Origin: Auanema rhodensis
Taxonomy: Eukaryota > Animalia > Nematoda
NCBI GenBank assembly: GCA_964057225.1
Contig: OZ059894.1
Coordinates: 23,126,001 to 23,190,000 of the forward strand
Direction: 5' to 3'
DNA: 64,000 nucleotides
The notes below the pieces were generated by a model. The model saw only the letters and a program-made list of their open reading frames with translations. It made no database searches and was not told the origin of the DNA. A program made the position numbers and the translations under genes. Below are positions 12,121 through 27,899 of this stretch, piece after piece. Each line of letters opens with the position of its first letter. The first letter of the stretch is position 1.

Positions 12121-15100
12121 ACTCGCTTCAGGTGAAAGATAAAGAGATCCGGTTTTCAAAATTAGATTCCCCATGTCCATATTAGTCTAAAAACAAATTT
12201 TTATTGATATTGGTGCATGGTAACCATGTCTTTGGAATTTACGTGAACTTTAATTTATGCTAATTAAATGTACACGTGATGTGCACTTGGTATGTAACTC
12301 GCTTCACGTAAAAGATAAAGAGATGCGGTTTCCAAAATTAGATTCCCCATGTCCATATTAGTCTAAAAACAAATTTTTATTGATATTGGTGCATGGTAAC
12401 CATGACTTTGAAATTTACGTGAACTTTAATTTATGCTAATTAAATGTACACGTGATGTGCACTTGGTATGTAACTCGCTTCACGTGAAAGATAAAGAGAT
12501 GCGGTTTTCAAAATTAGATTCCCCATGTCCATATTAGTCTAAAAACAAATTTTTATTGATATTGGTGCATGGTAACCATGTCTTTGAAATTTACGTGAAC
12601 TTTAATTTATGCTAATTAAATGTACACGTGATGTGCACTTGGTATGTAATTCGCTTCACGTGAAAGATAAAGAGATGCAGTTTTCAAAATTAGATTCCCC
12701 ATGTCCATATTAGTCTAAAAACAAATTTTTATTGATATTGGTTCATGGTAACCATGACTTTGAAATTTACGTGAACTTTAATTTATGCTAATTAAATGTA
12801 CACGTGATGTGCACTTGGTATGTAACTCGCTTCAGGTGAAAGATAAAGAGATGCGGTTTTCAAAATTAGATTCCCCATGTCCATATTAGTCTAAAAACAA
12901 ATTTTTATTGATATTGGTGCATGGTAACCATGTCTTTGGAATTTACGTGAACTTTAATTTATGCTAATTAAATGTACACGTGATGAGCACTTGGTATGTA
13001 ACTCGCTTCACGTGAAAGATAAAGAGATGCGGTTTTCAAAATTAGATTCCCCATGTCCATATTAGTCTAAAAACAAATTTTTATTGATATTGGTGCATGG
13101 TAACCATGACTTTGAAATTTACGTGAACTTTAATTTATGCTAATTAAATGTACACGTGATGTGCACTTGGTATGTAACTCGCTTCACGTGAAAGATAAAG
13201 AGATGCGGTTCTCAAAATTAGATTCCCCATGTCCATATTAGTCGAAAAACAAATTTTTATTGATATTGGTGCATGGTAACCATGACTTTGAAATTTACGT
13301 GAACTTTAATTTATGCTAATTAAATGTACACGTGATGTGCACTTGGTATGTAACTCGCTTCACGTGAAAGATAAAGAGATGCGGTTTTCAAAATTAGATT
13401 CCCCATGTCCATATTAGTCTAAAAACAAATTTTTATTGATATTGGTGCATGGTAACCATGACTTTGAAATTTACGTGAACTTTAATTTATGCTAATTAAA
13501 TGTACACGTGATGTGCACTTGGTATGTAACTCGCTTCACGTGAAAGATAAAGAGATGCGGTTTTCAAAATTAGATTCCCCATGTCCATATTAGTCTAAAA
13601 ACAAATTTTTATTGATATTGGTGCATGGTAACCATGACTTTGAAATTTACGTGAACTTTAATTTATGCTAATTAAATGTACACGTGATGTGCACTTGGTA
13701 TGTAACTCGCTTCACGTGAAAGATAAAGAGATGCGGTTTTCAATATTAGATTCCCCATGTCCATATTAGTCTAAAAACAAATTTTTATTGATATTGGTTC
13801 ATGGGAACCATGACTTTGAAATTTACGTGAACTTTAATTTATGCTAATTAAATGTACACGTGATGTGCACTTGGTATGTAACTCGCTTCACGTGAAAGAT
13901 AAAATGATGCGGTTTTCAAAATTAGATTCCCCATGTCCATATTAGTCTAAAAACAAATTTTTATTGATATTGGTTCATGGGAACCATGACTTTGAAATTT
14001 ACGTGAACTTTAATTTATGCTAATTAAATGTACACGTGATGTGCACTTGGTATGTAACTCGCTTCACGTGAAAGATAAAGAGATGCGGTTTTCAAAATTA
14101 GATTCCCCATGTCCATATTAGTCTAAAAACAAATTTTTATTGATATTCGTGCATGGTAACCATGACTTTGAAATTTACGTGAACTTTAATTTATGCTAAT
14201 TAAATGTACACGTGATGTGCACTTGGTATGTAACTCGCTTCACGTGAAAGATAAAGAGATGCGGTTTCCAAAATTAGATTCCCCATGTCCATATTAGTCT
14301 AAAAACAAATTTTTATTGATATTGGTGCATGGTAACCATGACTTTGAAATTTACGTGAACTTTAATTTATGCTAATTAAATGTACACGTGATGTGCACTT
14401 GGTATGTAACTCGCTTCACGTGAAAGATAAAGAGATGCGGTTTTCAAAATTAGATTCCCCATGTCCATATTAGTCTAAAAACAAATTTTTATTGATATTG
14501 GTTCATGGTAACCATGACTTTGAAATTTACGTGAACTTTAATTCATGCTAATTAAATGTACACGTGATGTGCACATGGTAGGTAACTCGCTTCACGTGAA
14601 AGATAAAGAGATGCGGTTTTCAAAATTAGATTCCCCATGTCCATATTAGTCTAAAAACAAATTTTTATTGATATTGATTCATGGTAACCATGACTTTGAA
14701 ATTTACGTGAACTTTAATTTATGCTAATTAAATGTACACGTGATATGCACTTGGTATGTAACTCGCTTCACGTGAAAGATAAAGAGATGCGGTTTTCAAA
14801 ATTAGATTCCCCATGTCCATATTAGTCTAAAAACAAATTTTTATTGATATTGGTTCATGGTAACCATGACTTTGAAATTTACGTGAACTTTAATTCATGC
14901 TAATTAAATGTACACGTGATGTGCACATGGTAGGTAACTCGCTTCACGTGAAAGATAAAGAGATGCGGTTTTCAAAATTAGATTCCCCATGTCCATATTA
15001 GTCTAAAAACAAATTTTTATTGATATTGATTCATGGTAACCATGACTTTGAAATTTACGTGAACTTTAATTTATGCTAATTAAATGTACACGTGATATGC

Positions 15101-18100
15101 ACTTGGTATGTAACTCGCTTCACGTGAAAGATAAAGAGATGCGGTTTTCAAAATTAGATTCCCCATGTCCATATTAGTCTAAAAACAAATTTTTATTGAT
15201 ATTGGTTCATGGTAACCATGACTTTGAAATTTACGTGAACTTTAATTCATGCTAATTAAATGTACACGTGATGTGCACATGGTATGTAACTCGCTTCACG
15301 TGAAAGATAAAGAGATGCGGTTTTCAAAATTAGATTCCCCATGTCCATATTAGTCTGAAAACAAATTTTTATTGATATTGGTGCATGGTAACCATGTCTT
15401 TGAAATTTACGTGAACTTTAATTTATGCTAATTAAATGTACACGTGATGTGCACTTGGTATGTAATTCGCTTCACGTGAAAGATAAAGAGATGCAGTTTT
15501 CAAAATTAGATTCCCCATGTCCATATTAGTCTAAAAACAAATTTTTATTGATATTGGTTCATGGTAACCATGACTTTGAAATTTACGTGAACTTTAATTT
15601 ATGCTAATTAAATGTACACGTGATGTGCACTTGGTATGTAACTCGCTTCAGGTGAAAGATAAAGAGATGCGGTTTTCAAAATTAGATTCCCCATGTCCAT
15701 ATTAGTCTAAAAACAAATTTTTATTGATATTGGTGCATGGTAACCATGTCTTTGAAATTTACGTGAACTTTAATTTATGCTAATTAAATGTACACGTGAT
15801 GTGCACTTGGTATGTAATTCGCTTCACGTGAAAGATAAAGAGATGCAGTTTTCAAAATTAGATTCCCCATGTCCATATTAGTCTAAAAACAAATTTTTAT
15901 TGATATTGGTTCATGGTAACCATGACTTTGAAATTTACGTGAACTTTAATTTATGCTAATTAAATGTACACGTGATGTGCACTTGGTATGTAACTCGCTT
16001 CAGGTGAAAGATAAAGAGATGCGGTTTTCAAAATTAGATTCCCCATGTCCATATTAGTCTAAAAACAAATTTTTATTGATATTGGTGCATGGTAACCATG
16101 TCTTTAAAATTTACGTGAACTTTAATTTATGCTAATTAAATGTACACGTGATGTGCACTTGGTATGTAATTCGCTTCACGTGAAAGATAAAGAGATGCAG
16201 TTTTCAAAATTAGATTCACCATGTCCATATTAGTCTAAAAACAAATTTTTATTGATATTGGTTCATGGTAACCATGACTTTGAAATTTACGTGAACTTTA
16301 ATTTATGCTAATTAAATGTACACGTGATGTGCACTTGGTATGTAACTCGCTTCAGGTGAAAGATAAAGAGATGCGGTTTTCAAAATTAGATTCCCCATGT
16401 CCATATTAGTCTAAAAACAAATTTTTATTGATATTGGTGCATGGTAACCATGTCTTTGGAATTTACGTGAACTTTAATTTATGCTAATTAAATGTACACG
16501 TGATGTGCACTTGGTATGTAACTCGCTTCACGTAAAAGATAAAGAGATGCGGTTTTCAAAATTAGATTCCCCATGTCCATATTAGTCTAAAAACAAATTT
16601 TTATTGATATTGGTTCATGGTAACCATGACTTTGAAATTTACGTGAACTTTAATTTATGCTAATTAAATGTACACGTGATGTGCACTTGGTATGTAACTC
16701 GCTTCAGGTGAAAGATAAAGAGATGCGGTTTTCAAAATTAGATTCCCCATGTCCATATTAGTCTAAAAACAAATTTTTATTGATATTGGTGCATGGTAAC
16801 CATGTCTTTGAAATTTACGTGAACTTTAATTTATGCTAATTAAATGTACACGTGATGTGCACTTGGTATGTAATTCGCTTCACGTGAAAGATAAAGAGAT
16901 GCAGTTTTCAAAATTAGATTCCCCATGTCCATATTAGTCTAAAAACAAATTTTTATTGATATTGGTTCATGGTAACCATGACTTTGAAATTTACGTGAAC
17001 TTTAATTTATGCTAATTAAATGTACACGTGATGTGCACTTGGTATGTAACTCGCTTCAGGTGAAAGATAAAGAGATGCGGTTTTCAAAATTAGATTCCCC
17101 ATGTCCATATTAGTCTAAAAACAAATTTTTATTGATATTGGTGCATGGTAACCATGTCTTTAAAATTTACGTGAACTTTAATTTATGCTAATTAAATGTA
17201 CACGTGATGTGCACTTGGTATGTAATTCGCTTCACGTGAAAGATAAAGAGATGCAGTTTTCAAAATTAGATTCACCATGTCCATATTAGTCTAAAAACAA
17301 ATTTTTATTGATATTGGTTCATGGTAACCATGACTTTGAAATTTACGTGAACTTTAATTTATGCTAATTAAATGTACACGTGATGTGCACTTGGTATGTA
17401 ACTCGCTTCAGGTGAAAGATAAAGAGATGCGGTTTTCAAAATTAGATTCCCCATGTCCATATTAGTCTAAAAACAAATTTTTATTGATATTGGTGCATGG
17501 TAACCATGTCTTTGGAATTTACGTGAACTTTAATTTATGCTAATTAAATGTACACGTGATGTGCACTTGGTATGTAACTCGCTTCACGTAAAAGATAAAG
17601 AGATGCGGTTTTCAAAATTAGATTCCCCATGTCCATATTAGTCTAAAAACAAATTTTTATTGATATTGGTGCATGGTAACCATGACTTTGAAATTTACGT
17701 GAACTTTAATTTATGCTAATTAAATGTACACGTGATGTGCACTTGGTATGTAACTCGCTTCACGTGAAAGATAAAGAGATCCGGTTTTCAAAATTAGATT
17801 CCCCATGTCCATATTAGTCTAAAAACAAATTTTTATTGATATTGGTGCATGGTAACCATGTCTTTGGAATTTACGTGAACTTTAATTTATGCTAATTAAA
17901 TGTACACGTGATGTGCACTTGGTATGTAACTCGCTTCACGTAAAAGATAAAGAGATGCGGTTTCCAAAATTAGATTCCCCATGTCCATATTAGTCTAAAA
18001 ACAAATTTTTATTGATATTGGTGCATGGTAACCATGACTTTGAAATTTACGTGAACTTTAATTTATGCTAATTAAATGTACACGTGATGTGCACTTGGTA

Positions 18101-21100
18101 TGTAACTCGCTTCACGTGAAAGATAAAGAGATGCGGTTTTCAAAATTAGATTCCCCATGTCCATATTAGTCTAAAAACAAATTTTTATTGATATTGGTGC
18201 ATGGTAACCATGTCTTTGAAATTTACGTGAACTTTAATTTATGCTAATTAAATGTACACGTGATGTGCACTTGGTATGTAATTCGCTTCACGTGAAAGAT
18301 AAAGAGATGCAGTTTTCAAAATTAGATTCCCCATGTCCATATTAGTCTAAAAACAAATTTTTATTGATATTGGTTCATGGTAACCATGACTTTGAAATTT
18401 ACGTGAACTTTAATTTATGCTAATTAAATGTACACGTGATGTGCACTTGGTATGTAACTCGCTTCAGGTGAAAGATAAAGAGATGCGGTTTTCAAAATTA
18501 GATTCCCCATGTCCATATTAGTCTAAAAACAAATTTTTATTGATATTGGTGCATGGTAACCATGTCTTTGGAATTTACGTGAACTTTAATTTATGCTAAT
18601 TAAATGTACACGTGATGAGCACTTGGTATGTAACTCGCTTCACGTGAAAGATAAAGAGATGCGGTTTTCAAAATTAGATTCCCCATGTCCATATTAGTCT
18701 AAAAACAAATTTTTATTGATATTGGTGCATGGTAACCATGACTTTGAAATTTACGTGAACTTTAATTTATGCTAATTAAATGTACACGTGATGTGCACTT
18801 GGTATGTAACTCGCTTCACGTGAAAGATAAAGAGATGCGGTTCTCAAAATTAGATTCCCCATGTCCATATTAGTCGAAAAACAAATTTTTATTGATATTG
18901 GTGCATGGTAACCATGACTTTGAAATTTACGTGAACTTTAATTTATGCTAATTAAATGTACACGTGATGTGCACTTGGTATGTAACTCGCTTCACGTGAA
19001 AGATAAAGAGATGCGGTTTTCAATATTAGATTCCCCATGTTCATATTAGTCTAAAAACAAATTTTTATTGATATTGGTTCATGGGAACCATGACTTTGAA
19101 ATTTACGTGAACTTTAATTTATGCTAATTAAATGTACACGTGATGTGCACTTGGTATGTAACTCGCTTCACGTGAAAGATAAAATGATGCGGTTTTCAAA
19201 ATTAGATTCCCCATGTCCATATTAGTCTAAAAACAAATTTTTATTGATATTGGTTCATGGGAACCATGACTTTGAAATTTACGTGAACTTTAATTTATGC
19301 TAATTAAATGTACACGTGATGTGCACTTGGTATGTAACTCGCTTCACGTGAAAGATAAAGAGATGCGGTTTTCAAAATTAGATTCCCCATGTCCATATTA
19401 GTCTAAAAACAAATTTTTATTGATATTCGTGCATGGTAACCATGACTTTGAAATTTACGTGAACTTTAATTTATGCTAATTAAATGTACACGTGATGTGC
19501 ACTTGGTATGTAACTCGCTTCACGTGAAAGATAAAGAGATGCGGTTTCCAAAATTAGATTCCCCATGTCCATATTAGTCTAAAAACAAATTTTTATTGAT
19601 ATTGGTGCATGGTAACCATGACTTTGAAATTTACGTGAACTTTAATTTATGCTAATTAAATGTACACGTGATGTGCACTTGGTATGTAACTCGCTTCACG
19701 TGAAAGATAAAGAGATGCGGTTTTCAAAATTAGATTCCCCATGTCCATATTAGTCTAAAAACAAATTTTTATTGATATTGGTTCATGGTAACCATGACTT
19801 TGAAATTTACGTGAACTTTAATTCATGCTAATTAAATGTACACGTGATGTGCACATGGTAGGTAACTCGCTTCACGTGAAAGATAAAGAGATGCGGTTTT
19901 CAAAATTAGATTCCCCATGTCCATATTAGTCTAAAAACAAATTTTTATTGATATTGATTCATGGTAACCATGACTTTGAAATTTACGTGAACTTTAATTT
20001 ATGCTAATTAAATGTACACGTGATATGCACTTGGTATGTAACTCGCTTCACGTGAAAGATAAAGAGATGCGGTTTTCAAAATTAGATTCCCCATGTCCAT
20101 ATTAGTCTAAAAACAAATTTTTATTGATATTGGTTCATGGTAACCATGACTTTGAAATTTACGTGAACTTTAATTCATGCTAATTAAATGTACACGTGAT
20201 GTGCACATGGTAGGTAACTCGCTTCACGTGAAAGATAAAGAGATGCGGTTTTCAAAATTAGATTCCCCATGTCCATATTAGTCTAAAAACAAATTTTTAT
20301 TGATATTGATTCATGGTAACCATGACTTTGAAATTTACGTGAACTTTAATTTATGCTAATTAAATGTACACGTGATATGCACTTGGTATGTAACTCGCTT
20401 CACGTGAAAGATAAAGAGATGCGGTTTTCAAAATTAGATTCCCCATGTCCATATTAGTCTAAAAACAAATTTTTATTGATATTGGTTCATGGTAACCATG
20501 ACTTTGAAATTTACGTGAACTTTAATTCATGCTAATTAAATGTACACGTGATGTGCACATGGTATGTAACTCGCTTCACGTGAAAGATAAAGAGATGCGG
20601 TTTTCAAAATTAGATTCCCCATGTCCATATTAGTCTGAAAACAAATTTTTATTGATATTGGTGCATGGTAACCATGTCTTTGAAATTTACGTGAACTTTA
20701 ATTTATGCTAATTAAATGTACACGTGATGTGCACTTGGTATGTAATTCGCTTCACGTGAAAGATAAAGAGATGCAGTTTTCAAAATTAGATTCCCCATGT
20801 CCATATTAGTCTAAAAACAAATTTTTATTGATATTGGTTCATGGTAACCATGACTTTGAAATTTACGTGAACTTTAATTTATGCTAATTAAATGTACACG
20901 TGATGTGCACTTGGTATGTAACTCGCTTCAGGTGAAAGATAAAGAGATGCGGTTTTCAAAATTAGATTCCCCATGTCCATATTAGTCTAAAAACAAATTT
21001 TTATTGATATTGGTGCATGGTAACCATGTCTTTGAAATTTACGTGAACTTTAATTTATGCTAATTAAATGTACACGTGATGTGCACTTGGTATGTAATTC

Positions 21101-21170
21101 GCTTCACGTGAAAGATAAAGAGATGCAGTTTTCAAAATTAGATTCCCCATGTCCATATTAGTCTAAAAAC
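12121..21170. repeat. Large imperfect higher-order duplication (offset 32, then 30 monomers)
   Basis: Rare variants recur at +5632 (gatccgg 12149/17781; ggttctc 13211/18843) and then at +5280 (tattcgt 14148/19428; ggtaggt 14581/19861 and 14933/20213). The second copy is two monomers shorter. Boundaries are approximate. Confidence 0.85.
15640..17660. repeat. 6-monomer (1056 bp) tandem duplication built from a 2-monomer unit
   Basis: tctttaaaat at 16106/17162 and gattcacc at 16218/17274 (offset 1056). gtaattc recurs at 352-bp steps (15466, 15818, 16170; 16874, 17226). Confidence 0.85.
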
Positions 21171-24100
21171 AATTTTTTATTGATATTGGTTCATGGTAAC
21201 CATGACTTTGAAATTTACGTGAACTTTAATTTATGCTAATTAAATGTACACGTGATGTGCACTTGGTATGTAACTCGCTTCAGGTGAAAGATAAAGAGAT
21301 GCGGTTTTCAAAATTAGATTCCCCATGTCCATATTAGTCTAAAAACAAATTTTTATTGATATTGGTGCATGGTAACCATGTCTTTGGAATTTACGTGAAC
21401 TTTAATTTATGCTAATTAAATGTACACGTGATGTGCACTTGGTATGTAACTCGCTTCACGTAAAAGATAAAGAGATGCGGTTTTCAAAATTAGATTCCCC
21501 ATGTCCATATTAGTCTAAAAACAAATTTTTATTGATATTGGTGCATGGTAACCATGACTTTGAAATTTACGTGAACTTTAATTTATGCTAATTAAATGTA
21601 CACGTGATGTGCACTTGGTATGTAACTCGCTTCAGGTGAAAGATAAAGAGATGCGGTTTTCAAAATTAGATTCCCCATGTCCATATTAGTCTAAAAACAA
21701 ATTTTTATTGATATTGGTGCATGGTAACCATGTCTTTGGAATTTACGTGAACTTTAATTTATGCTAATTAAATGTACACGTGATGTGCACTTGGTATGTA
21801 ACTCGCTTCACGTAAAAGATAAAGAGATGCGGTTTTCAAAATTAGATTCCCCATGTCCATATTAGTCTAAAAACAAATTTTTATTGATATTGGTGCATGG
21901 TAACCATGACTTTGAAATTTACGTGAACTTTAATTTATGCTAATTAAATGTACACGTGATGTGCACTTGGTATGTAACTCGCTTCACGTGAAAGATAAAG
22001 AGATCCGGTTTTCAAAATTAGATTCCCCATGTCCATATTAGTCTAAAAACAAATTTTTATTGATATTGGTGCATGGTAACCATGTCTTTGGAATTTACGT
22101 GAACTTTAATTTATGCTAATTAAATGTACACGTGATGTGCACTTGGTATGTAACTCGCTTCACGTAAAAGATAAAGAGATGCGGTTTCCAAAATTAGATT
22201 CCCCATGTCCATATTAGTCTAAAAACAAATTTTTATTGATATTGGTGCATGGTAACCATGACTTTGAAATTTACGTGAACTTTAATTTATGCTAATTAAA
22301 TGTACACGTGATGTGCACTTGGTATGTAACTCGCTTCACGTGAAAGATAAAGAGATGCGGTTTTCAAAATTAGATTCCCCATGTCCATATTAGTCTAAAA
22401 ACAAATTTTTATCGATATTGGTGCATGGTAACCATGTCTTTGAAATTTACGTGAACTTTAATTTATGCTAATTAAATGTACACGTGATGTGCACTTGGTA
22501 TGTAATTCGCTTCACGTGAAAGATAAAGAGATGTAGTTTTCAAAATTAGATTCCCCATGTCCATATTAGTCTAAAAACAAATTTTTATTGATATTGGTTC
22601 ATGGTAACCATGACTTTGAAATTTACGTGAACTTTAATTTATGCTAATTAAATGTACACGTGATGTGCACTTGGTATGTAACTCGCTTCAGGTGAAAGAT
22701 AAAGAGATGCGGTTTTCAAAATTAGATTCCCCATGTCCATATTAGTCTAAAAACAAATTTTTATTGATATTGGTGCATGGTAACCATGTCTTTGGAATTT
22801 ACGTGAACTTTAATTTATGCTAATTAAATGTACACGTGATGAGCACTTGGTATGTAACTCGCTTCACGTGAAAGATAAAGAGATGCGGTTTTCAAAATTA
22901 GATTCCCCATGTCCATATTAGTCTAAAAACAAATTTTTATTGATATTGGTGCATGGTAACCATGACTTTGAAATTTACGTGAACTTTAATTTATGCTAAT
23001 TAAATGTACACGTGATGTGCACTTGGTATGTAACTCGCTTCACGTGAAAGATAAAGAGATGCGGTTCTCAAAATTAGATTCCCCATGTCCATATTAGTCG
23101 AAAAACAAATTTTTATTGATATTGGTGCATGGTAACCATGACTTTGAAATTTACGTGAACTTTAATTTATGCTAATTAAATGTACACGTGATGTGCACTT
23201 GGTATGTAACTCGCTTCACGTGAAAGATAAAGAGATGCGGTTTTCAAAATTAGATTCCCCATGTCCATATTAGTCTAAAAACAAATTTTTATTGATATTG
23301 GTGCATGGTAACCATGACTTTGAAATTTACGTGAACTTTAATTTATGCTAATTAAATGTACACGTGATGTGCACTTGGTATGTAACTCGCTTCACGTGAA
23401 AGATAAAGAGATGCGGTTTTCAAAATTAGATTCCCCATGTCCATATTAGTCTAAAAACAAATTTTTATTGATATTGGTGCATGGTAACCATGACTTTGAA
23501 ATTTACGTGAACTTTAATTTATGCTAATTAAATGTACACGTGATGTGCACTTGGTATGTAACTCGCTTCACGTGAAAGATAAAGAGATGCGGTTTTCAAA
23601 ATTAGATTCCCCATGTCCATATTAGTCTAAAAACAAATTTTTATTGATATTGGTTCATGGGAACCATGACTTTGAAATTTACGTGAACTTTAATTTATGC
23701 TAATTAAATGTACACGTGATGTGCACTTGGTATGTAACTCGCTTCACGTGAAAGATAAAATGATGCGGTTTTCAAAATTAGATTCCCCATGTCCATATTA
23801 GTCTAAAAACAAATTTTTATTGATATTGGTTCATGGGAACCATGACTTTGAAATTTACGTGAACTTTAATTAATGCTAATTAAATGTACACGTGATGTGC
23901 ACTTGGTATGTAACTCGCTTCACGTGAAAGATAAAGAGATGCGGTTTTCAAAATTAGATTCCCCATGTCCATATTAGTCTAAAAACAAATTTTTATTGAT
24001 ATTCGTGCATGGTAACCATGACTTTGAAATTTACGTGAACTTTAATTTATGCTAATTAAATGTACACGTGATGTGCACTTGGTATGTAACTCGCTTCACG

Positions 24101-27100
24101 TGAAAGATAAAGAGATGCGGTTTCCAAAATTAGATTCCCCATGTCCATATTAGTCTAAAAACAAATTTTTATTGATATTGGTGCATGGTAACCATGACTT
24201 TGAAATTTACGTGAACTTTAATTTATGCTAATTAAATGTACACGTGATGTGCACTTGGTATGTAACTCGCTTCAGGTGAAAGATAAAGAGATGCGGTTTT
24301 CAAAATTAGATTCCCCATGTCCATATTAGTCTAAAAACAAATTTTTATTGATATTGGTGCATGGTAACCATGTCTTTGAAATTTACGTGAACTTTAATTT
24401 ATGCTAATTAAATGTACACGTGATGTGCACTTGGTATGTAATTCGCTTCACGTGAAAGATAAAGAGATGCAGTTTTCAAAATTAGATTCCCCATGTCCAT
24501 ATTAGTCTAAAAACAATTTTTTATTGATATTGGTTCATGGTAACCATGACTTTGAAATTTACGTGAACTTTAATTTATGCTAATTAAATGTACACGTGAT
24601 GTGCACTTGGTATGTAACTCGCTTCAGGTGAAAGATAAAGAGATGCGGTTTTCAAAATTAGATTCCCCATGTCCATATTAGTCTAAAAACAAATTTTTAT
24701 TGATATTGGTGCATGGTAACCATGTCTTTGGAATTTACGTGAACTTTAATTTATGCTAATTAAATGTACACGTGATGTGCACTTGGTATGTAACTCGCTT
24801 CACGTAAAAGATAAAGAGATGCGGTTTTCAAAATTAGATTCCCCATGTCCATATTAGTCTAAAAACAAATTTTTATTGATATTGGTGCATGGTAACCATG
24901 ACTTTGAAATTTACGTGAACTTTAATTTATGCTAATTAAATGTACACGTGATGTGCACTTGGTATGTAACTCGCTTCAGGTGAAAGATAAAGAGATGCGG
25001 TTTTCAAAATTAGATTCCCCATGTCCATATTAGTCTAAAAACAAATTTTTATTGATATTGGTGCATGGTAACCATGTCTTTGGAATTTACGTGAACTTTA
25101 ATTTATGCTAATTAAATGTACACGTGATGTGCACTTGGTATGTAACTCGCTTCACGTAAAAGATAAAGAGATGCGGTTTTCAAAATTAGATTCCCCATGT
25201 CCATATTAGTCTAAAAACAAATTTTTATTGATATTGGTGCATGGTAACCATGACTTTGAAATTTACGTGAACTTTAATTTATGCTAATTAAATGTACACG
25301 TGATGTGCACTTGGTATGTAACTCGCTTCACGTGAAAGATAAAGAGATCCGGTTTTCAAAATTAGATTCCCCATGTCCATATTAGTCTAAAAACAAATTT
25401 TTATTGATATTGGTGCATGGTAACCATGTCTTTGGAATTTACGTGAACTTTAATTTATGCTAATTAAATGTACACGTGATGTGCACTTGGTATGTAACTC
25501 GCTTCACGTAAAAGATAAAGAGATGCGGTTTCCAAAATTAGATTCCCCATGTCCATATTAGTCTAAAAACAAATTTTTATTGATATTGGTGCATGGTAAC
25601 CATGACTTTGAAATTTACGTGAACTTTAATTTATGCTAATTAAATGTACACGTGATGTGCACTTGGTATGTAACTCGCTTCACGTGAAAGATAAAGAGAT
25701 GCGGTTTTCAAAATTAGATTCCCCATGTCCATATTAGTCTAAAAACAAATTTTTATCGATATTGGTGCATGGTAACCATGTCTTTGAAATTTACGTGAAC
25801 TTTAATTTATGCTAATTAAATGTACACGTGATGTGCACTTGGTATGTAATTCGCTTCACGTGAAAGATAAAGAGATGTAGTTTTCAAAATTAGATTCCCC
25901 ATGTCCATATTAGTCTAAAAACAAATTTTTATTGATATTGGTTCATGGTAACCATGACTTTGAAATTTACGTGAACTTTAATTTATGCTAATTAAATGTA
26001 CACGTGATGTGCACTTGGTATGTAACTCGCTTCAGGTGAAAGATAAAGAGATGCGGTTTTCAAAATTAGATTCCCCATGTCCATATTAGTCTAAAAACAA
26101 ATTTTTATTGATATTGGTGCATGGTAACCATGTCTTTGGAATTTACGTGAACTTTAATTTATGCTAATTAAATGTACACGTGATGAGCACTTGGTATGTA
26201 ACTCGCTTCACGTGAAAGATAAAGAGATGCGGTTTTCAAAATTAGATTCCCCATGTCCATATTAGTCTAAAAACAAATTTTTATTGATATTGGTGCATGG
26301 TAACCATGACTTTGAAATTTACGTGAACTTTAATTTATGCTAATTAAATGTACACGTGATGTGCACTTGGTATGTAACTCGCTTCACGTGAAAGATAAAG
26401 AGATGCGGTTCTCAAAATTAGATTCCCCATGTCCATATTAGTCGAAAAACAAATTTTTATTGATATTGGTGCATGGTAACCATGACTTTGAAATTTACGT
26501 GAACTTTAATTTATGCTAATTAAATGTACACGTGATGTGCACTTGGTATGTAACTCGCTTCACGTGAAAGATAAAGAGATGCGGTTTTCAAAATTAGATT
26601 CCCCATGTCCATATTAGTCTAAAAACAAATTTTTATTGATATTGGTGCATGGTAACCATGACTTTGAAATTTACGTGAACTTTAATTTATGCTAATTAAA
26701 TGTACACGTGATGTGCACTTGGTATGTAACTCGCTTCACGTGAAAGATAAAGAGATGCGGTTTTCAAAATTAGATTCCCCATGTCCATATTAGTCTAAAA
26801 ACAAATTTTTATTGATATTGGTGCATGGTAACCATGACTTTGAAATTTACGTGAACTTTAATTTATGCTAATTAAATGTACACGTGATGTGCACTTGGTA
26901 TGTAACTCGCTTCACGTGAAAGATAAAGAGATGCGGTTTTCAAAATTAGATTCCCCATGTCCATATTAGTCTAAAAACAAATTTTTATTGATATTGGTTC
27001 ATGGGAACCATGACTTTGAAATTTACGTGAACTTTAATTTATGCTAATTAAATGTACACGTGATGTGCACTTGGTATGTAACTCGCTTCACGTGAAAGAT

Positions 27101-27618
27101 AAAATGATGCGGTTTTCAAAATTAGATTCCCCATGTCCATATTAGTCTAAAAACAAATTTTTATTGATATTGGTTCATGGGAACCATGACTTTGAAATTT
27201 ACGTGAACTTTAATTAATGCTAATTAAATGTACACGTGATGTGCACTTGGTATGTAACTCGCTTCACGTGAAAGATAAAGAGATGCGGTTTTCAAAATTA
27301 GATTCCCCATGTCCATATTAGTCTAAAAACAAATTTTTATTGATATTCGTGCATGGTAACCATGACTTTGAAATTTACGTGAACTTTAATTTATGCTAAT
27401 TAAATGTACACGTGATGTGCACTTGGTATGTAACTCGCTTCACGTGAAAGATAAAGAGATGCGGTTTCCAAAATTAGATTCCCCATGTCCATATTAGTCT
27501 AAAAACAAATTTTTATTGATATTGGTGCATGGTAACCATGACTTTGAAATTTACGTGAACTTTAATTTATGCTAATTAAATGTACACGTGATGTGCACTT
27601 GGTATGTAACTCGCTTCA
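20840..27618. repeat. 19-monomer (3344 bp) tandem duplication, no differences seen by eye
   Basis: Private variants at offset 3344: caatttttt about 21171/24515, gatccgg 22005/25349, atcgat 22413/25757, gatgtag 22534/25878, ggttctc 23067/26411, tattcgt 24004/27348. Identity breaks at 20839/24183 and 24275/27619. Confidence 0.93.
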
Positions 27619-27899
27619 CGTGAAAGATAAAGAGATGCGGTTTTCAAAATTAGATTCCCCATGTCCATATTAGTCTAAAAACAAATTTTTATTGATATTG
27701 GTTCATGGTAACCATGACTTTGAAATTTACGTGAACTTTAATTCATGCTAATTAAATGTACACGTGATGTGCACATGGTAGGTAACTCGCTTCACGTGAA
27801 AGATAAAGAGATGCGGTTTTCAAAATTAGATTCCCCATGTCCATATTAGTCTAAAAACAAATTTTTATTGATATTGATTCATGGTAACCATGACTTTGA

